In this document: positions 50,172-58,696 of the stretch, in pieces
Layout of the letters: each line of letters begins with the position of its first letter
How positions within the stretch are numbered: the first letter of the stretch is position 1
Assembly: GCA_963786105.1 (NCBI GenBank)
Contig: CAWAXX010000017.1
Span: 192,001 to 256,000 of the forward strand
DNA length: 64,000 bases
Source: Vulcanimicrobiota bacterium
GTDB lineage: Bacteria > Vulcanimicrobiota > Vulcanimicrobiia > Vulcanimicrobiales > Vulcanimicrobiaceae
Direction of reading: 5' to 3'
Made by a program: the position numbers and the translations under genes
Notes under the pieces: generated by a model
Databases searched by the model: none
Seen by the model: only the letters and a program-made list of their open reading frames with translations
What the model was told of the DNA's origin: nothing

Positions 50172-50397
50172 TCGCACAAGATTCTGTCGGATATTGCCGC
50201 GGGCAAGCTGGCGGACGTGTCGTGGGTGGTGCTTTCCGGGATCAACTGCGACGATGCGGGAACCGTACGCGAAGCGCAGAGCTACGTCTCGCACACGTAG
50301 TACGAGTTTGGAAGCATGAAGGTCGTCGAGGGGACGTTCGGGACCGGGTCGTTAAACACGACCGCCGTACAGGCTCGAAAACAGCCTGCCGGACTCG
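50172..50397 (+). pseudogene. Decayed fragment of an AcpA/phospholipase C-family phosphoesterase
   Basis: KILSDIAAGKLADVSWVV (50178), PYAKR (50263, other frame), YVSHT*YEFGSMKVVEGTFGTGSL (50283; TAG at 50298); collinear with the 16.7-19.4 kb proteins. Confidence 0.75.
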
Positions 50398-50489
50398 GAT
50401 TAGCCTCCACAAAGGGTCGACGAGAAGGTTGAAGGAATAACGCGCCCTACCCCCTTCACCATTCGGAGCCTTTTGGAGGACTCAGATTC

Positions 50490-51680
50490 ATGAATTTCGG
50501 CAGAATCGCCGCGGCCGTCGCCGTCGGCGCGATGCTAGCTGCGTGTAGCGGTCAGGGCGGCTCGATGCCGACCCAGACGCAGGGCGTCGGCCAAGCAGTT
50601 CCCTTTGCAGGCGGCGCCACGGCGGGCCATAGCATTGCGGACGTCAATCACTGGGTACCGCGCTACATCACGATGCAGCCGCGGAACGTCAACTACGCCA
50701 TGCTCGACAAGCAGCAGGCAGCGGGCACGACTATTCCGTTCTTTAGCGGATCGGTGAAGTCGCCGCTCGACAACAGGACGTATACTTATAAAATCGCCGG
50801 TAAGGACCCGACGAGGAGCATCAGAACGACCCAAATCAAGACCGTACCGATCGTATTGGTCATCACGTTCGCCGATGGAACGGTACTCGATCCCACGCAA
50901 CCGGGCTGCAACGACTCGGTTTCGGTGGCCGATCGGTTCTTCAAGGGTCCGAACTTCGTCAAGACCCCGTTGACGTCGAACGGCGTTAACGTCGGCAAAA
51001 CCCAAGTCACCGACGGCTTCCAACGCGCGGAATTTTGGAACGTCCTGAAGAGCAACAGATACCACACCGCGCTGAAACTTGCGGTGGCACCGATCATCGT
51101 CAACATCAACGCCCCCGCGGGGTCGAAGACGGTGGGCGGCGTTTGCAGCGGTAACAACCATCGCATCGGCGAGATCGACATCAACGCGTACGACAACCTC
51201 GTGACGAATCTCGCGACCCAGTATGCTACGACGTCGCAACTTCCGGTCGTTCTCTCGTACAACACGTTCGAAACCAGCGGCGGCTGCTGCATCCTCGGCT
51301 ACCACAGCGCCTTCTCCCGCTCGGGGGGAACGCAAGTCTATGCCGTCGGCGCATATAACGACGCCGGCGTCTTCGGTACCACGCCCATCGAAGACATCCA
51401 CGCGTGGACGCACGAGATCGGCGAACTCCTGAACGATCCATTCGTCAACAACGCAACGCCGGCGTGGGGCCACGTCGGCCAAGTCGGCGGTTGCCAGAAC
51501 AACTTCGAAGTCGGCGATCCGCTCACGGGCACCGCCTTCACCCTCAGCTACAACGGCTTCGCGTACCACCCGCAAGAACTCGCGTTCTTCGATTGGTTCT
51601 ACCGTACGCCCTCAAAGGGCACCGGCGGAAAGTTCTCGTTCGAAGGGACCTTCACGAGTTCGCAGGGCGCCTGCCACTAG
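50490..51680 (+). CDS. Lipoprotein with PHI-1/EXORDIUM-like motifs
   Basis: Lipobox LAAC; CCILGYHS, THEIGELLNDP, FEVGDP; SD GGAGG. Confidence 0.7.
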   Translation: MNFGRIAAAVAVGAMLAACSGQGGSMPTQTQGVGQAVPFAGGATAGHSIADVNHWVPRYITMQPRNVNYAMLDKQQAAGTTIPFFSGSVKSPLDNRTYTYKIAGKDPTRSIRTTQIKTVPIVLVITFADGTVLDPTQPGCNDSVSVADRFFKGPNFVKTPLTSNGVNVGKTQVTDGFQRAEFWNVLKSNRYHTALKLAVAPIIVNINAPAGSKTVGGVCSGNNHRIGEIDINAYDNLVTNLATQYATTSQLPVVLSYNTFETSGGCCILGYHSAFSRSGGTQVYAVGAYNDAGVFGTTPIEDIHAWTHEIGELLNDPFVNNATPAWGHVGQVGGCQNNFEVGDPLTGTAFTLSYNGFAYHPQELAFFDWFYRTPSKGTGGKFSFEGTFTSSQGACH

Positions 51681-51713
51681 AAGAAGCTGCTGATTCGCAT
51701 CAGTCGCTAAACA

Positions 51714-51750
51714 AAGAGGCCTCGCCTTCGGGTGGGGCCTCTTCTTATTT
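51714..51750 (+). terminator. Rho-independent terminator, probably bidirectional
   Basis: AAGAGGCCTCGCC-TTCG-GGTGGGGCCTCTT followed by CTTATTT; lies between convergent lipoprotein gene and tRNA-Val. Confidence 0.85.
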
Positions 51751-51767
51751 GCTAGTCGCGTCGAAAA

Positions 51768-51842
51768 TGGTGGGCGGTACTGGGATTGAACCAGTGACCC
51801 CTTCCGTGTCAAGGAAGTGCTCTCCCACTGAGCTAACCGCCC
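51768..51842 (-). tRNA. tRNA-Val(GAC)
   Basis: GGGCGGTTAGCTCAG...CTTCC-TTGACAC-GGAAG...GGTTCAATCC...CCA. Confidence 0.97.
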
Positions 51843-51901
51843 GCAATCGCTGGATTTTCGCGCCCTTCGGCGCCTTCCCGATGCGCACCTGGCCGCACGG
51901 T

Positions 51902-51930
51902 TTGACTCGTTTGCGATTGCGTGGTACAGT
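51902..51930 (+). promoter_or_regulatory. Sigma70-type promoter
   Basis: TTGACT-N17-TACAGT with extended -10 TG. Confidence 0.75.
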
Positions 51931-51982
51931 GTCGTGCACGAACATTAGTCGCGCACGAATCTCGTCACGAAAAGGAGGCACG

Positions 51983-52075
51983 ATGACCAATAACCGCACG
52001 CGTAATCGTAACGTCGCGCCGCAATTTGGCGGCGGGTCGCTTCGTTCTGGACCTTCGGACTACGGGCCGGCGTAA
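51983..52075 (+). CDS. Putative leader peptide (30 aa, MTNNRTRNRNVAPQFGGGSLRSGPSDYGPA)
   Basis: Strong SD AAAGGAGG; lies between promoter and terminator. Confidence 0.65.
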   Translation: MTNNRTRNRNVAPQFGGGSLRSGPSDYGPA

Positions 52076-52100
52076 AGCATAGCCGGTTTCAAGAGTGTTC

Positions 52101-52146
52101 GAAGGCCTCCGCGAATCGACCGGGGGCCTTTTCAATTTCACTTTTT
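52101..52146 (+). terminator. Attenuator-type intrinsic terminator
   Basis: GAAGGCCTCCG / CGGGGGCCTTT 11-bp stem followed by TCAATTTCACTTTTT. Confidence 0.7.
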
Positions 52147-52166
52147 CCGTCATGAAGGGCGAAATC

Positions 52167-52364
52167 ATGGACTATTGGTTTGAAACCGAGATCCGGATGC
52201 GCCGTGACGACGCCGTCGAGACCGCCAACCGCAGCCGGCTAATTCGCCTTGCGGAGAGTGGACGAAGTACGAGCGTCCGCACGCGCATCGCCAACGGCGC
52301 TCAAGCGATGAGCGACGCGTTGGCAACGCTGGCGCGTACTCTGCGCGCCGGCAAAGCGGCGTAA
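52167..52364 (+). CDS. Small basic helical hypothetical protein (65 aa)
   Basis: GAAGGG SD before ATG 52167 (alternative 52152); Arg/Ala-rich. Confidence 0.65.
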   Translation: MDYWFETEIRMRRDDAVETANRSRLIRLAESGRSTSVRTRIANGAQAMSDALATLARTLRAGKAA

Positions 52365-52369
52365 GGGGC

Positions 52370-53752
52370 CTACGGGCCCCTTCCCTGCGCTTTCCGTGCC
52401 GCTTCGAGGCCGGCCAGCGCGCGCGGATCGTTTGGATAAGCGGTCAACGCGGCTTCGTAAGCCGTCGCGGCGTCGGCGTAGGCGGCACGGCGCATGGCGA
52501 ACGCGCCACGCGCCTCAAGCGCGGGCAGTAGTGGAATCAGCTCGTTTGCAAACGCGTCGCGCTGCGTGGTGACCGCCCCCTCGATCAATCGAGCGGCTTC
52601 CCCGTAACGACCGTCGAGTTCGGCAACCCGGGCGAGGAACAGTTCGACGACATCCCCGGCCGTCGTGAGCTTTCTCACTTGGCCAGCGATTGCGCGCGCT
52701 TCGTCGTCGCGACCGAGCTCCAAGGCGGCGAGGCCACGTATCGCGAGGTCGCTCGGCGCCGCATCGCGCGCGAGCGAATATGCATCGGAGAAACGACCGA
52801 AACGTAATGCCGTGAGCGCGTCGAACGACGTGCCGTACGTCGCGTTCATGCGTGCGGACCATACACGAGCGGTGGCATAGTCGCCGAGCATCATCGCGCC
52901 GGAGTAGCCGAGGTAGACGTCGTGGATCAAATAACGGTCGTGATCGGGATTGCGGTCGCGGATCTGCTGCAGTTGCGCGAACAGTTGGTAAGCTCGCTCG
53001 CTGGAGGCGACGGCCGCGACGTAGTTTCCGCTCTCGATCCAGTAGTGCGACGGCATATGCGCCAGGTGCTCCGCCTGAGGCGGGAGGACGGCGGCGTCGA
53101 GGCGTTTTGCACACGCCAGCGCCGGTGTGCGATCGCGGGCGCCGTCATAGAGATGAATGCAAAGATGGTTGGCCATTACGTTTTCCGGATCGTGCACCAA
53201 TATGCGCGTCATCAACGCGAGCGCTTGGCGGGAATCGGGCGTCGCGGGCGACGACCCTGCCCAAACGAAGCCGCCGCTTTCCACCAGCGCTTCGGCCGCT
53301 AGTGCGGTGGCGACGTCGTCCTGGGCTGGACTCTTCGGATCGCCGGCGAGGCGGCTCATGGCGGCGCGATACGCATCGTCGCCGTCTCTCCAATCTGCCC
53401 ACGTTCCCTTATAACGCCGGGCCATGGCGTCGATGTAGCGCCGCTCGCCGTCGCTCGCGTACCGCTCGAGCGCAACGGCTTTTTGGACGGCCGTTTGTGC
53501 CTGCAGGAAACGCTCTTCCGACATCGGCGTGTTCAAGTCGGGGCCGCTAGCGAGGGCTTCGCCCCAATACGCCATCGCCAGATTCGGATCGCGCGCCGCC
53601 GCGCCGGCGAAGGCGCCGGCGGCGTCACCGCCGTCGTAAGCGAAATAAAAGAGGAGACCGCGATCGATCGACGCCTGCGCGACGCGGTCGGTCGTCGAAA
53701 CCGGGAAATGGATGGCGGTGAGCGCCGCGAGCGCAAGTACCGCCGGCGTCAC
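52370..53752 (-). CDS. Secreted TPR-repeat protein
   Basis: DPNLAMAYWGEALASGP, ANHLCIH, HLAHMPSH; GTG start overlapping the upstream stop. Confidence 0.8.
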   Translation of the reverse strand: MTPAVLALAALTAIHFPVSTTDRVAQASIDRGLLFYFAYDGGDAAGAFAGAAARDPNLAMAYWGEALASGPDLNTPMSEERFLQAQTAVQKAVALERYASDGERRYIDAMARRYKGTWADWRDGDDAYRAAMSRLAGDPKSPAQDDVATALAAEALVESGGFVWAGSSPATPDSRQALALMTRILVHDPENVMANHLCIHLYDGARDRTPALACAKRLDAAVLPPQAEHLAHMPSHYWIESGNYVAAVASSERAYQLFAQLQQIRDRNPDHDRYLIHDVYLGYSGAMMLGDYATARVWSARMNATYGTSFDALTALRFGRFSDAYSLARDAAPSDLAIRGLAALELGRDDEARAIAGQVRKLTTAGDVVELFLARVAELDGRYGEAARLIEGAVTTQRDAFANELIPLLPALEARGAFAMRRAAYADAATAYEAALTAYPNDPRALAGLEAARKAQGRGP

Positions 53753-54180
53753 ACGAAAAAGTGCTGAGGCCCGGCCTCGAAGGCCGCGATAGCCTCGCGC
53801 CAGCTCGGTGGGATGGCGATGCTCGTCTGCGTCAGGAAATCGAACGCTACGACGGTCGTTATTCCACGGGCTGCGCGATGCGCGTTGGTCTCGCTCCAAA
53901 TCTCGTACTCGAAGTCCCACGACTTCGTTCCGATTCGCGAAACGCGGCAGCCGACGGCGATCTTCTCGCGATAGTGCAATTGGCGTTCGTACGTAAAATC
54001 GATCGTCGCTTGAATGATCCCGCGTTCGCCGTTGATCGGTTCTCGCATCACTTGCGCGAAGTATTCGGAGCGCATCATTTCAGCCCACCGGATGTACGCG
54101 ACGTTATTCGCGTGTTGCATCATGTCGATGTCCGCAAACGGAATCGAGAAGCGGGAAACGAGCGGAAAACCCGTGAGCAT
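53749..54180 (-). CDS. Acyl-CoA thioesterase (4HBT/YbgC family)
   Basis: FADIDMMQHANNVAY, IGTKS hotdog-fold motifs; ATG 54180. Confidence 0.9.
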   Translation of the reverse strand: MLTGFPLVSRFSIPFADIDMMQHANNVAYIRWAEMMRSEYFAQVMREPINGERGIIQATIDFTYERQLHYREKIAVGCRVSRIGTKSWDFEYEIWSETNAHRAARGITTVVAFDFLTQTSIAIPPSWREAIAAFEAGPQHFFV

Positions 54181-54288
54181 GAGCCGTGCACTTCGACTCC
54201 CACGTCTCGAGTCCGCGTCGCCATACCGGTGCTGGACACCCGAGGCGCCGGTAGGGTAAGATACCAGCTTGTCCAAGGGAACCGCAAC

Positions 54289-54363
54289 GGGCGCGTAGCT
54301 CAGTGGGAGAGCATCCGCTTCACACGCGGGGGGTCGTTGGTTCAATCCCAACCGTGCCCACCA
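54289..54363 (+). tRNA. tRNA-Val(CAC)
   Basis: TCCGC-TTCACAC-GCGGG anticodon arm; GGTTCAATCC; CCA. Confidence 0.96.
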
Positions 54364-54425
54364 TTCCCTCGAGGCTCGACGCAGGTGCGAGTTGGAATGT
54401 GTGCTAAATAGCGGTCCCGGTCCTT

Positions 54426-54503
54426 GGCGCTGTAGCTCAGTTGGTTTAGAGCGCCGCCCTGTCACGGCGGAGGTCGTGGGTTCGAGCCCCATCAGCGTCG
54501 CCA
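54426..54503 (+). tRNA. tRNA-Asp(GTC)
   Basis: CCGCC-CTGTCAC-GGCGG; GGTTCGAGCC; CCA. Confidence 0.97.
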
Positions 54504-54667
54504 GATTTTTTCCCGAGCGCACCGCTTAAGAACGTGGTGCGCTTTGCGGGAATCCTTTGTGGCTCCGATTTCGATCAGATCAAGCAGGCGAAGGATGGAA
54601 GTTTACTATGGTAATCGAGACCCGAGGTGACGAAAGAGCTGGGATAAATCAGGGCCTTCCTTCTTAA

Positions 54668-54743
54668 GCCAAGGTAGCTCAGTCGGTAGAGCACGCGCCT
54701 GAAAAGTGCGGTGTCGCCGGTTCGATTCCGGCCCTTGGCACCA
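54668..54743 (+). tRNA. tRNA-Phe(GAA)
   Basis: CGCGC-CTGAAAA-GTGCG; GGTTCGATTCC; CCA. Confidence 0.97.
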
Positions 54744-54750
54744 TGCGTTC

Positions 54751-54793
54751 GCGTTAAGGGCCCGCCGTCATTCGGCCGGGCCCTTAACGCTTT
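54751..54793. terminator. Hairpin between tRNA-Phe and the convergent dienelactone hydrolase gene
   Basis: GCGTTAAGGGCCC / GGGCCCTTAACGC 13-bp perfect inverted repeat. Confidence 0.7.
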
Positions 54794-54797
54794 AACG

Positions 54798-55472
54798 CTA
54801 CGCGAGCCTGCGTTTGAGAAATTCGACGCTGCGTTTCCATGCCGTTTCGGCGTGCTCCCGATGATAGTTGCCAAGGCCGCCCGGATTATAAAACGCGTGC
54901 TTGGCATCGTAGCGGTGAAACTCGTGAGGCACACCGTTGGCTTCGAGCGCGCGCTCTAGCGCGTCGACGCCCGCGATATTGAAAAACTCGTCGCCCAGCG
55001 CCCAGTGCCCCATGATCGGGATCTTGATGGTCGAGGGATCGCCGGCCTCGGGCGGCGGGTAACCGTAAAAGACGACCGCTGCGTCGAATTCGGGGTCGTG
55101 GATGGCCGAGAGCATGGCGAGCGCGCCACCCATGCAGAACCCCATCACGCCGACGCGTTTGGCGCCATGTCGCTTCAAGTACGCAGCGGCTCCGCGGGCG
55201 TCTTGTGAAGCCGCATCCGAAAAGTCGAGACCCTCCATGAGATGCCCCGCCTCTTCGCGCGTGTCGGCGACCGATCCGCGATAAAGATCCGGAACGAGTA
55301 CCCCGAACCCGTCGCCCGCCAGACGATCCGCGGTCTCCTTGACGTGATCGGTTAGACCCCACCACTCTTCAAAGAGGACGACTCCGGGTGCGTCGTCCGG
55401 ACGTCGCGGCTCCCCGAGATAGCCTGGCGCGGTTTTTCCGTCGGGACGTTCGAACTCGATCGTTTTTCCCAT
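54798..55472 (-). CDS. Dienelactone hydrolase family protein
   Basis: EWWGL, PDLYRG, GFCMGG, HAFYN; ATG 55472. Confidence 0.93.
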   Translation of the reverse strand: MGKTIEFERPDGKTAPGYLGEPRRPDDAPGVVLFEEWWGLTDHVKETADRLAGDGFGVLVPDLYRGSVADTREEAGHLMEGLDFSDAASQDARGAAAYLKRHGAKRVGVMGFCMGGALAMLSAIHDPEFDAAVVFYGYPPPEAGDPSTIKIPIMGHWALGDEFFNIAGVDALERALEANGVPHEFHRYDAKHAFYNPGGLGNYHREHAETAWKRSVEFLKRRLA

Positions 55473-55834
55473 CAGCGCGGCTGCTCGGTCGCGGCGCCCT
55501 CTTCGGAATCTTGCCGATCGAGGTTGTCGGCTTTTTCCCGCAGCAGCCATTCGTTCGCCGATTTGAGGCGTTCGACAGGAACGTGGTCCGTCAGCCAGCC
55601 GTACAGCGCGTCGTCGCCCTGGTGCCGACCGAGCGCGGCATCGAACGACGCCGGCGTGATTCCCCACCGGTCCATGACGCCGCGGTCCATCGGACACGGG
55701 TAAATATAGTCGTGAATCGTTCCGGCAGCGGCCGCGCGGCCTTTGTCCGCCATGCGCAACAGCCAGAGCGCTTCGCCGATTGCTTGGCGCCCGCGTCGCG
55801 GAAAGGTCTTTCCGTCTCGAAAATCTGTCGACAT
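55472..55834 (-). CDS. DUF5069-like protein
   Basis: PRRGR...WLLRMADKGRA...GTIHDYIYPCPMD; TATCAT-N6-ATG. Confidence 0.75.
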   Translation of the reverse strand: MSTDFRDGKTFPRRGRQAIGEALWLLRMADKGRAAAAGTIHDYIYPCPMDRGVMDRWGITPASFDAALGRHQGDDALYGWLTDHVPVERLKSANEWLLREKADNLDRQDSEEGAATEQPR

Positions 55835-55898
55835 GCTCCCATGATACCGGGCTCGCGCGGGCGGGTTGCGCTCCCGGAGCGGGCGAAAGCAGCTATCG

Positions 55899-56606
55899 AT
55901 GGAGAGTCCACGGTGCGAGCCGGACGTAGCAGTGCGGCACGAGCCCCGCTGGCACGCTTCGGCCGCGGTGCTCGCAGCCCTCATTCTCTACATCACGCTT
56001 CCTCCGCGGTTGACTATCGGTCCGGTTTGGGTCGCCCCGCTGCTCGTGCTCGCGCTGTTGATTCCGCTGTCCGTCTTCGCTCCGCGCCGTCACTCAGAAA
56101 CGCGGCACATGCGTTTCTGGGGAATTCTACTCATCGCAATCGTGAACTTTTTCAATATCGCTTCGGTCGCGCTGCTGATCAACGGGTTTTTTCATCCGGC
56201 GCGAATCGTCGAGTTGAACTCGGCGGGCATGTTGCTGCGTCATGGAACGCAGGTTTGGCTCACGAACGTCCTCGTCTTCGCTCTGTGGTATTGGGAACTC
56301 GACGGCGACGGTCCCGAAGCCCGCGCTCACGCCAACGCGGCATACGAATTTCATAACGCCGACTTCCTCTTTCCTCAAATGCAGCTCTTTTTCTTGAGCG
56401 GAAAGCCGCTGCCGTGTATCGATCCGGCGTGGAAGCCTCAGTTCTTCGATTACCTATACGTGTCGTTCGTTAACTGCACGGCGTTCAGTCCGGCCGACGT
56501 CATGCCGCTAAGCCGTTGGGCGAAGTGCCTCATGCTGGTCGAAGCGCTCATCTCGCTGATGACGATCGCGATCGTGCTCGCGCGATCGGTGAGTTTGATT
56601 CAATAA
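55899..56606 (+). CDS. DUF1345-like membrane protein
   Basis: WLTNVLVFALWYWELD, DFLFPQM, FFDYLYVSF, AFSPAD. Confidence 0.8.
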   Translation: MESPRCEPDVAVRHEPRWHASAAVLAALILYITLPPRLTIGPVWVAPLLVLALLIPLSVFAPRRHSETRHMRFWGILLIAIVNFFNIASVALLINGFFHPARIVELNSAGMLLRHGTQVWLTNVLVFALWYWELDGDGPEARAHANAAYEFHNADFLFPQMQLFFLSGKPLPCIDPAWKPQFFDYLYVSFVNCTAFSPADVMPLSRWAKCLMLVEALISLMTIAIVLARSVSLIQ

Positions 56607-57391
56607 GATCCGGCGCCGTGCGCCACTGCTCGCTGGAGCTGGAGGAAGACCGTCGGCGGAATTTGAGTGCTGCCTCGGAACGGGTAATCGAATAAAGCGA
56701 TCAAGACGAAAATCGTCGCGATCACCGTCGTGAGGGCAAGCGTCATTACCAGGTGGACCGCTTCGCTGCGCACGCGAAAGATGAAACAGAAGCCGACCGT
56801 GATCGCAGCTAAAATGACGTTGCCGATCCAGAAGAAGATCGGAATGCCTTGTTCGTTGGCGAACAGGCGGCTGCGGCGCGCATCCTCGAACGTGGAAATC
56901 AGTCCAAGCGCCTCCTGTTGCAGAGCCTGCTGTCCGGCGCTTTGCGGTTGGTAGCGCGCGACGAGATTGAAGGCGGCGAGCGCCGCCGCGCGGGCGGTCG
57001 GGCTGGTACTGCCCGTTCGCATGGCGGGCCACTCATCGTTAACGACCGCGTTGATGTAGGTGTTGAGCGTGCCGTGAAGCTGTTGGGCAACGGGCGCCGG
57101 AAAGTGTCCGGAAACGTGAAAAAGATCGGCGATCGCGCTGGCCTCTTGCGCGACGGTCGCGGCGGCGCCGTCGTACTGTTGCCACACGGTCACAAGCAAG
57201 AAGGACAAGATGACGGCCAATATCGTCCCGACGGTACCGATGATCGGGCCGGCGACGTCGTTGTGCGTCAGCTCCTGACTGCGGGTGACGACGTGTCGAA
57301 CGAAAAGCAAGCCGCTCGCCGAGAGCGCACACGCAAGCACCAGGATCGACGCGAAAAAGAGCCACGACGGTATGGCGTAAACCCAGGTCAC
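56600..57391 (-). CDS. DUF4239 (bestrophin-like) membrane protein
   Basis: HNDVAG, VVNDEWPAM, DYPFRG. Confidence 0.8.
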   Translation of the reverse strand: MTWVYAIPSWLFFASILVLACALSASGLLFVRHVVTRSQELTHNDVAGPIIGTVGTILAVILSFLLVTVWQQYDGAAATVAQEASAIADLFHVSGHFPAPVAQQLHGTLNTYINAVVNDEWPAMRTGSTSPTARAAALAAFNLVARYQPQSAGQQALQQEALGLISTFEDARRSRLFANEQGIPIFFWIGNVILAAITVGFCFIFRVRSEAVHLVMTLALTTVIATIFVLIALFDYPFRGSTQIPPTVFLQLQRAVAHGAGSY

Positions 57392-57527
57392 GTAAAAAGC
57401 CTTCGCGCGGAAGGGGGCGCCTCCCCGTACGAGCCCTGGTAATTGGGGTTGACCGCAACGCCGGCGCGGGTCGAAGGTTTGTAGGACGGGGCGCGACGCT
57501 GCTCGAACCGGAGGCTCGCCGTGATGC

Positions 57528-57601
57528 GCGGGTATGATGTAATGGCAGCCTGCGACCTTCCCAAGGTTGATGCGTGGGTTCGATTCCCACTACCCGCTCC
57601 A
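57528..57601 (+). tRNA. tRNA-Gly(CCC)
   Basis: GCGGGTA acceptor; CGACC-TTCCCAA-GGTTG; GGTTCGATTCC; TCCA. Confidence 0.95.
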
Positions 57602-57645
57602 AGTGATAAAAAGGCGAGGGCGAACCGAGCACGCGAGCGATCTTC

Positions 57646-57717
57646 GGCGACGTAGCCAAGTGGTAAGGCAGGGCTCTGCAAAAGCCCCATTCGGCAGTTC
57701 AAATCTGCCCGTCGCCT
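57646..57717 (+). tRNA. tRNA-Cys(GCA)
   Basis: GGGCT-CTGCAAA-AGCCC; U73 discriminator; CCA not encoded (followed by CAA). Confidence 0.95.
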
Positions 57718-57739
57718 CAAAAGGTTTGAGGTTCGTTGG

Positions 57740-58696
57740 ATGCGCGTAGCCGTCGTGGGCGCTGGGGCGATCGGGGGATTCCTGGCGGCCGCGCTGGCGC
57801 GAGCCGGCGTACCGGTGGCGGTCGTTGCGCGGGGCGAGCATCTGGCGGCGATACGCCGCCACGGATTGCGTATCGAGAGCGACCTCGGCACGTTTTCGAC
57901 GGCCGTCGAAGCCGGCGAAGATCTCCGCGAACTGGGCGCCTTCGACGTGCTCTTGTTGACGTTCAAAAGCCATCAATGGGCGCCGCTGCTGCCGCAGCTC
58001 GCCGCGTTCGCGCAGACCGATACAACGGTCGTGACGCTGCAAAACGGCATCCCGTTTTGGTACGTACGCGAGCCGCCGTTGCACAGCGTCGACCCAGGTG
58101 GAACCATCGGACGGCTATTCTCCGACGAACGGGTTCTCGGCGGCGTCGTCCACGTGTCCGGAAGGGTAGCGGCGCCGGGAGCGATCGTTCAGAGCGGCGG
58201 ATTGCGATTCGTGCTCGGCGATCCGCTTGGCAGGCCGAACGCGCGCGCCGGCGGTTTAGTCGAAACGATGCGCGCCGCCGGCTTGGCTGCCGAAGCCGAT
58301 TCAAACGTTCGCGCGACCGTGTGGATGAAGCTGGTCAATAACGTCGGACTCAACTCAGTGAGTGCCCTGCGCCGCCTGACGATCCGGCCGATGCTGGTGG
58401 ATCCGGTCGCCCGCGCGGAAGTCCGTACGTTGATGATTGAGGCACTGCGCGTCGGGCAGTCTATGGGCGTGGTCGCCGGCGTGGACGTCGACGCTCGCAT
58501 CGAGTATGCCGCGCGCTTAGCCGACGTAAAGACGTCGATGCTCCAGGATCTCGAACGCGGCCGAGACTTGGAACTGGATCCCATTGTCGGGGCGGTCGTC
58601 GAACTAGCGGACCGCTACGACGTACCCGTGCCGCACGTTCGCGAAAGCTACGCGGCACTTCGTCAAGCGGCCGCGAGCGCTTTCCACGATGGATGA
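57740..58696 (+). CDS. panE: 2-dehydropantoate 2-reductase (ketopantoate reductase)
   Basis: GAGAIGG, LQNG, WMKLVNN, KTSMLQD...LELD. Confidence 0.9.
   Translation: MRVAVVGAGAIGGFLAAALARAGVPVAVVARGEHLAAIRRHGLRIESDLGTFSTAVEAGEDLRELGAFDVLLLTFKSHQWAPLLPQLAAFAQTDTTVVTLQNGIPFWYVREPPLHSVDPGGTIGRLFSDERVLGGVVHVSGRVAAPGAIVQSGGLRFVLGDPLGRPNARAGGLVETMRAAGLAAEADSNVRATVWMKLVNNVGLNSVSALRRLTIRPMLVDPVARAEVRTLMIEALRVGQSMGVVAGVDVDARIEYAARLADVKTSMLQDLERGRDLELDPIVGAVVELADRYDVPVPHVRESYAALRQAAASAFHDG

Noticed and set aside
49313..50440. Long alternative ORFs (49313..50440 +, 49968..50294 -, and many antisense ORFs elsewhere)
   Set aside because: Shadow ORFs expected at high GC; Arg/Ala/Pro-rich without family motifs, overlapping well-supported genes or the pseudogene relic.
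37400..51842. Genomic island integrated at tRNA-Val(GAC)
   Set aside because: Accessory-looking genes, but no integrase, no duplicated tRNA 3' end noticed, and lhr lies within the interval.
57715..57720. tRNA-Cys lacking encoded CCA as sign of an integration scar
   Set aside because: The tRNA is otherwise intact, CCA is commonly added post-transcriptionally, and core genes follow directly.
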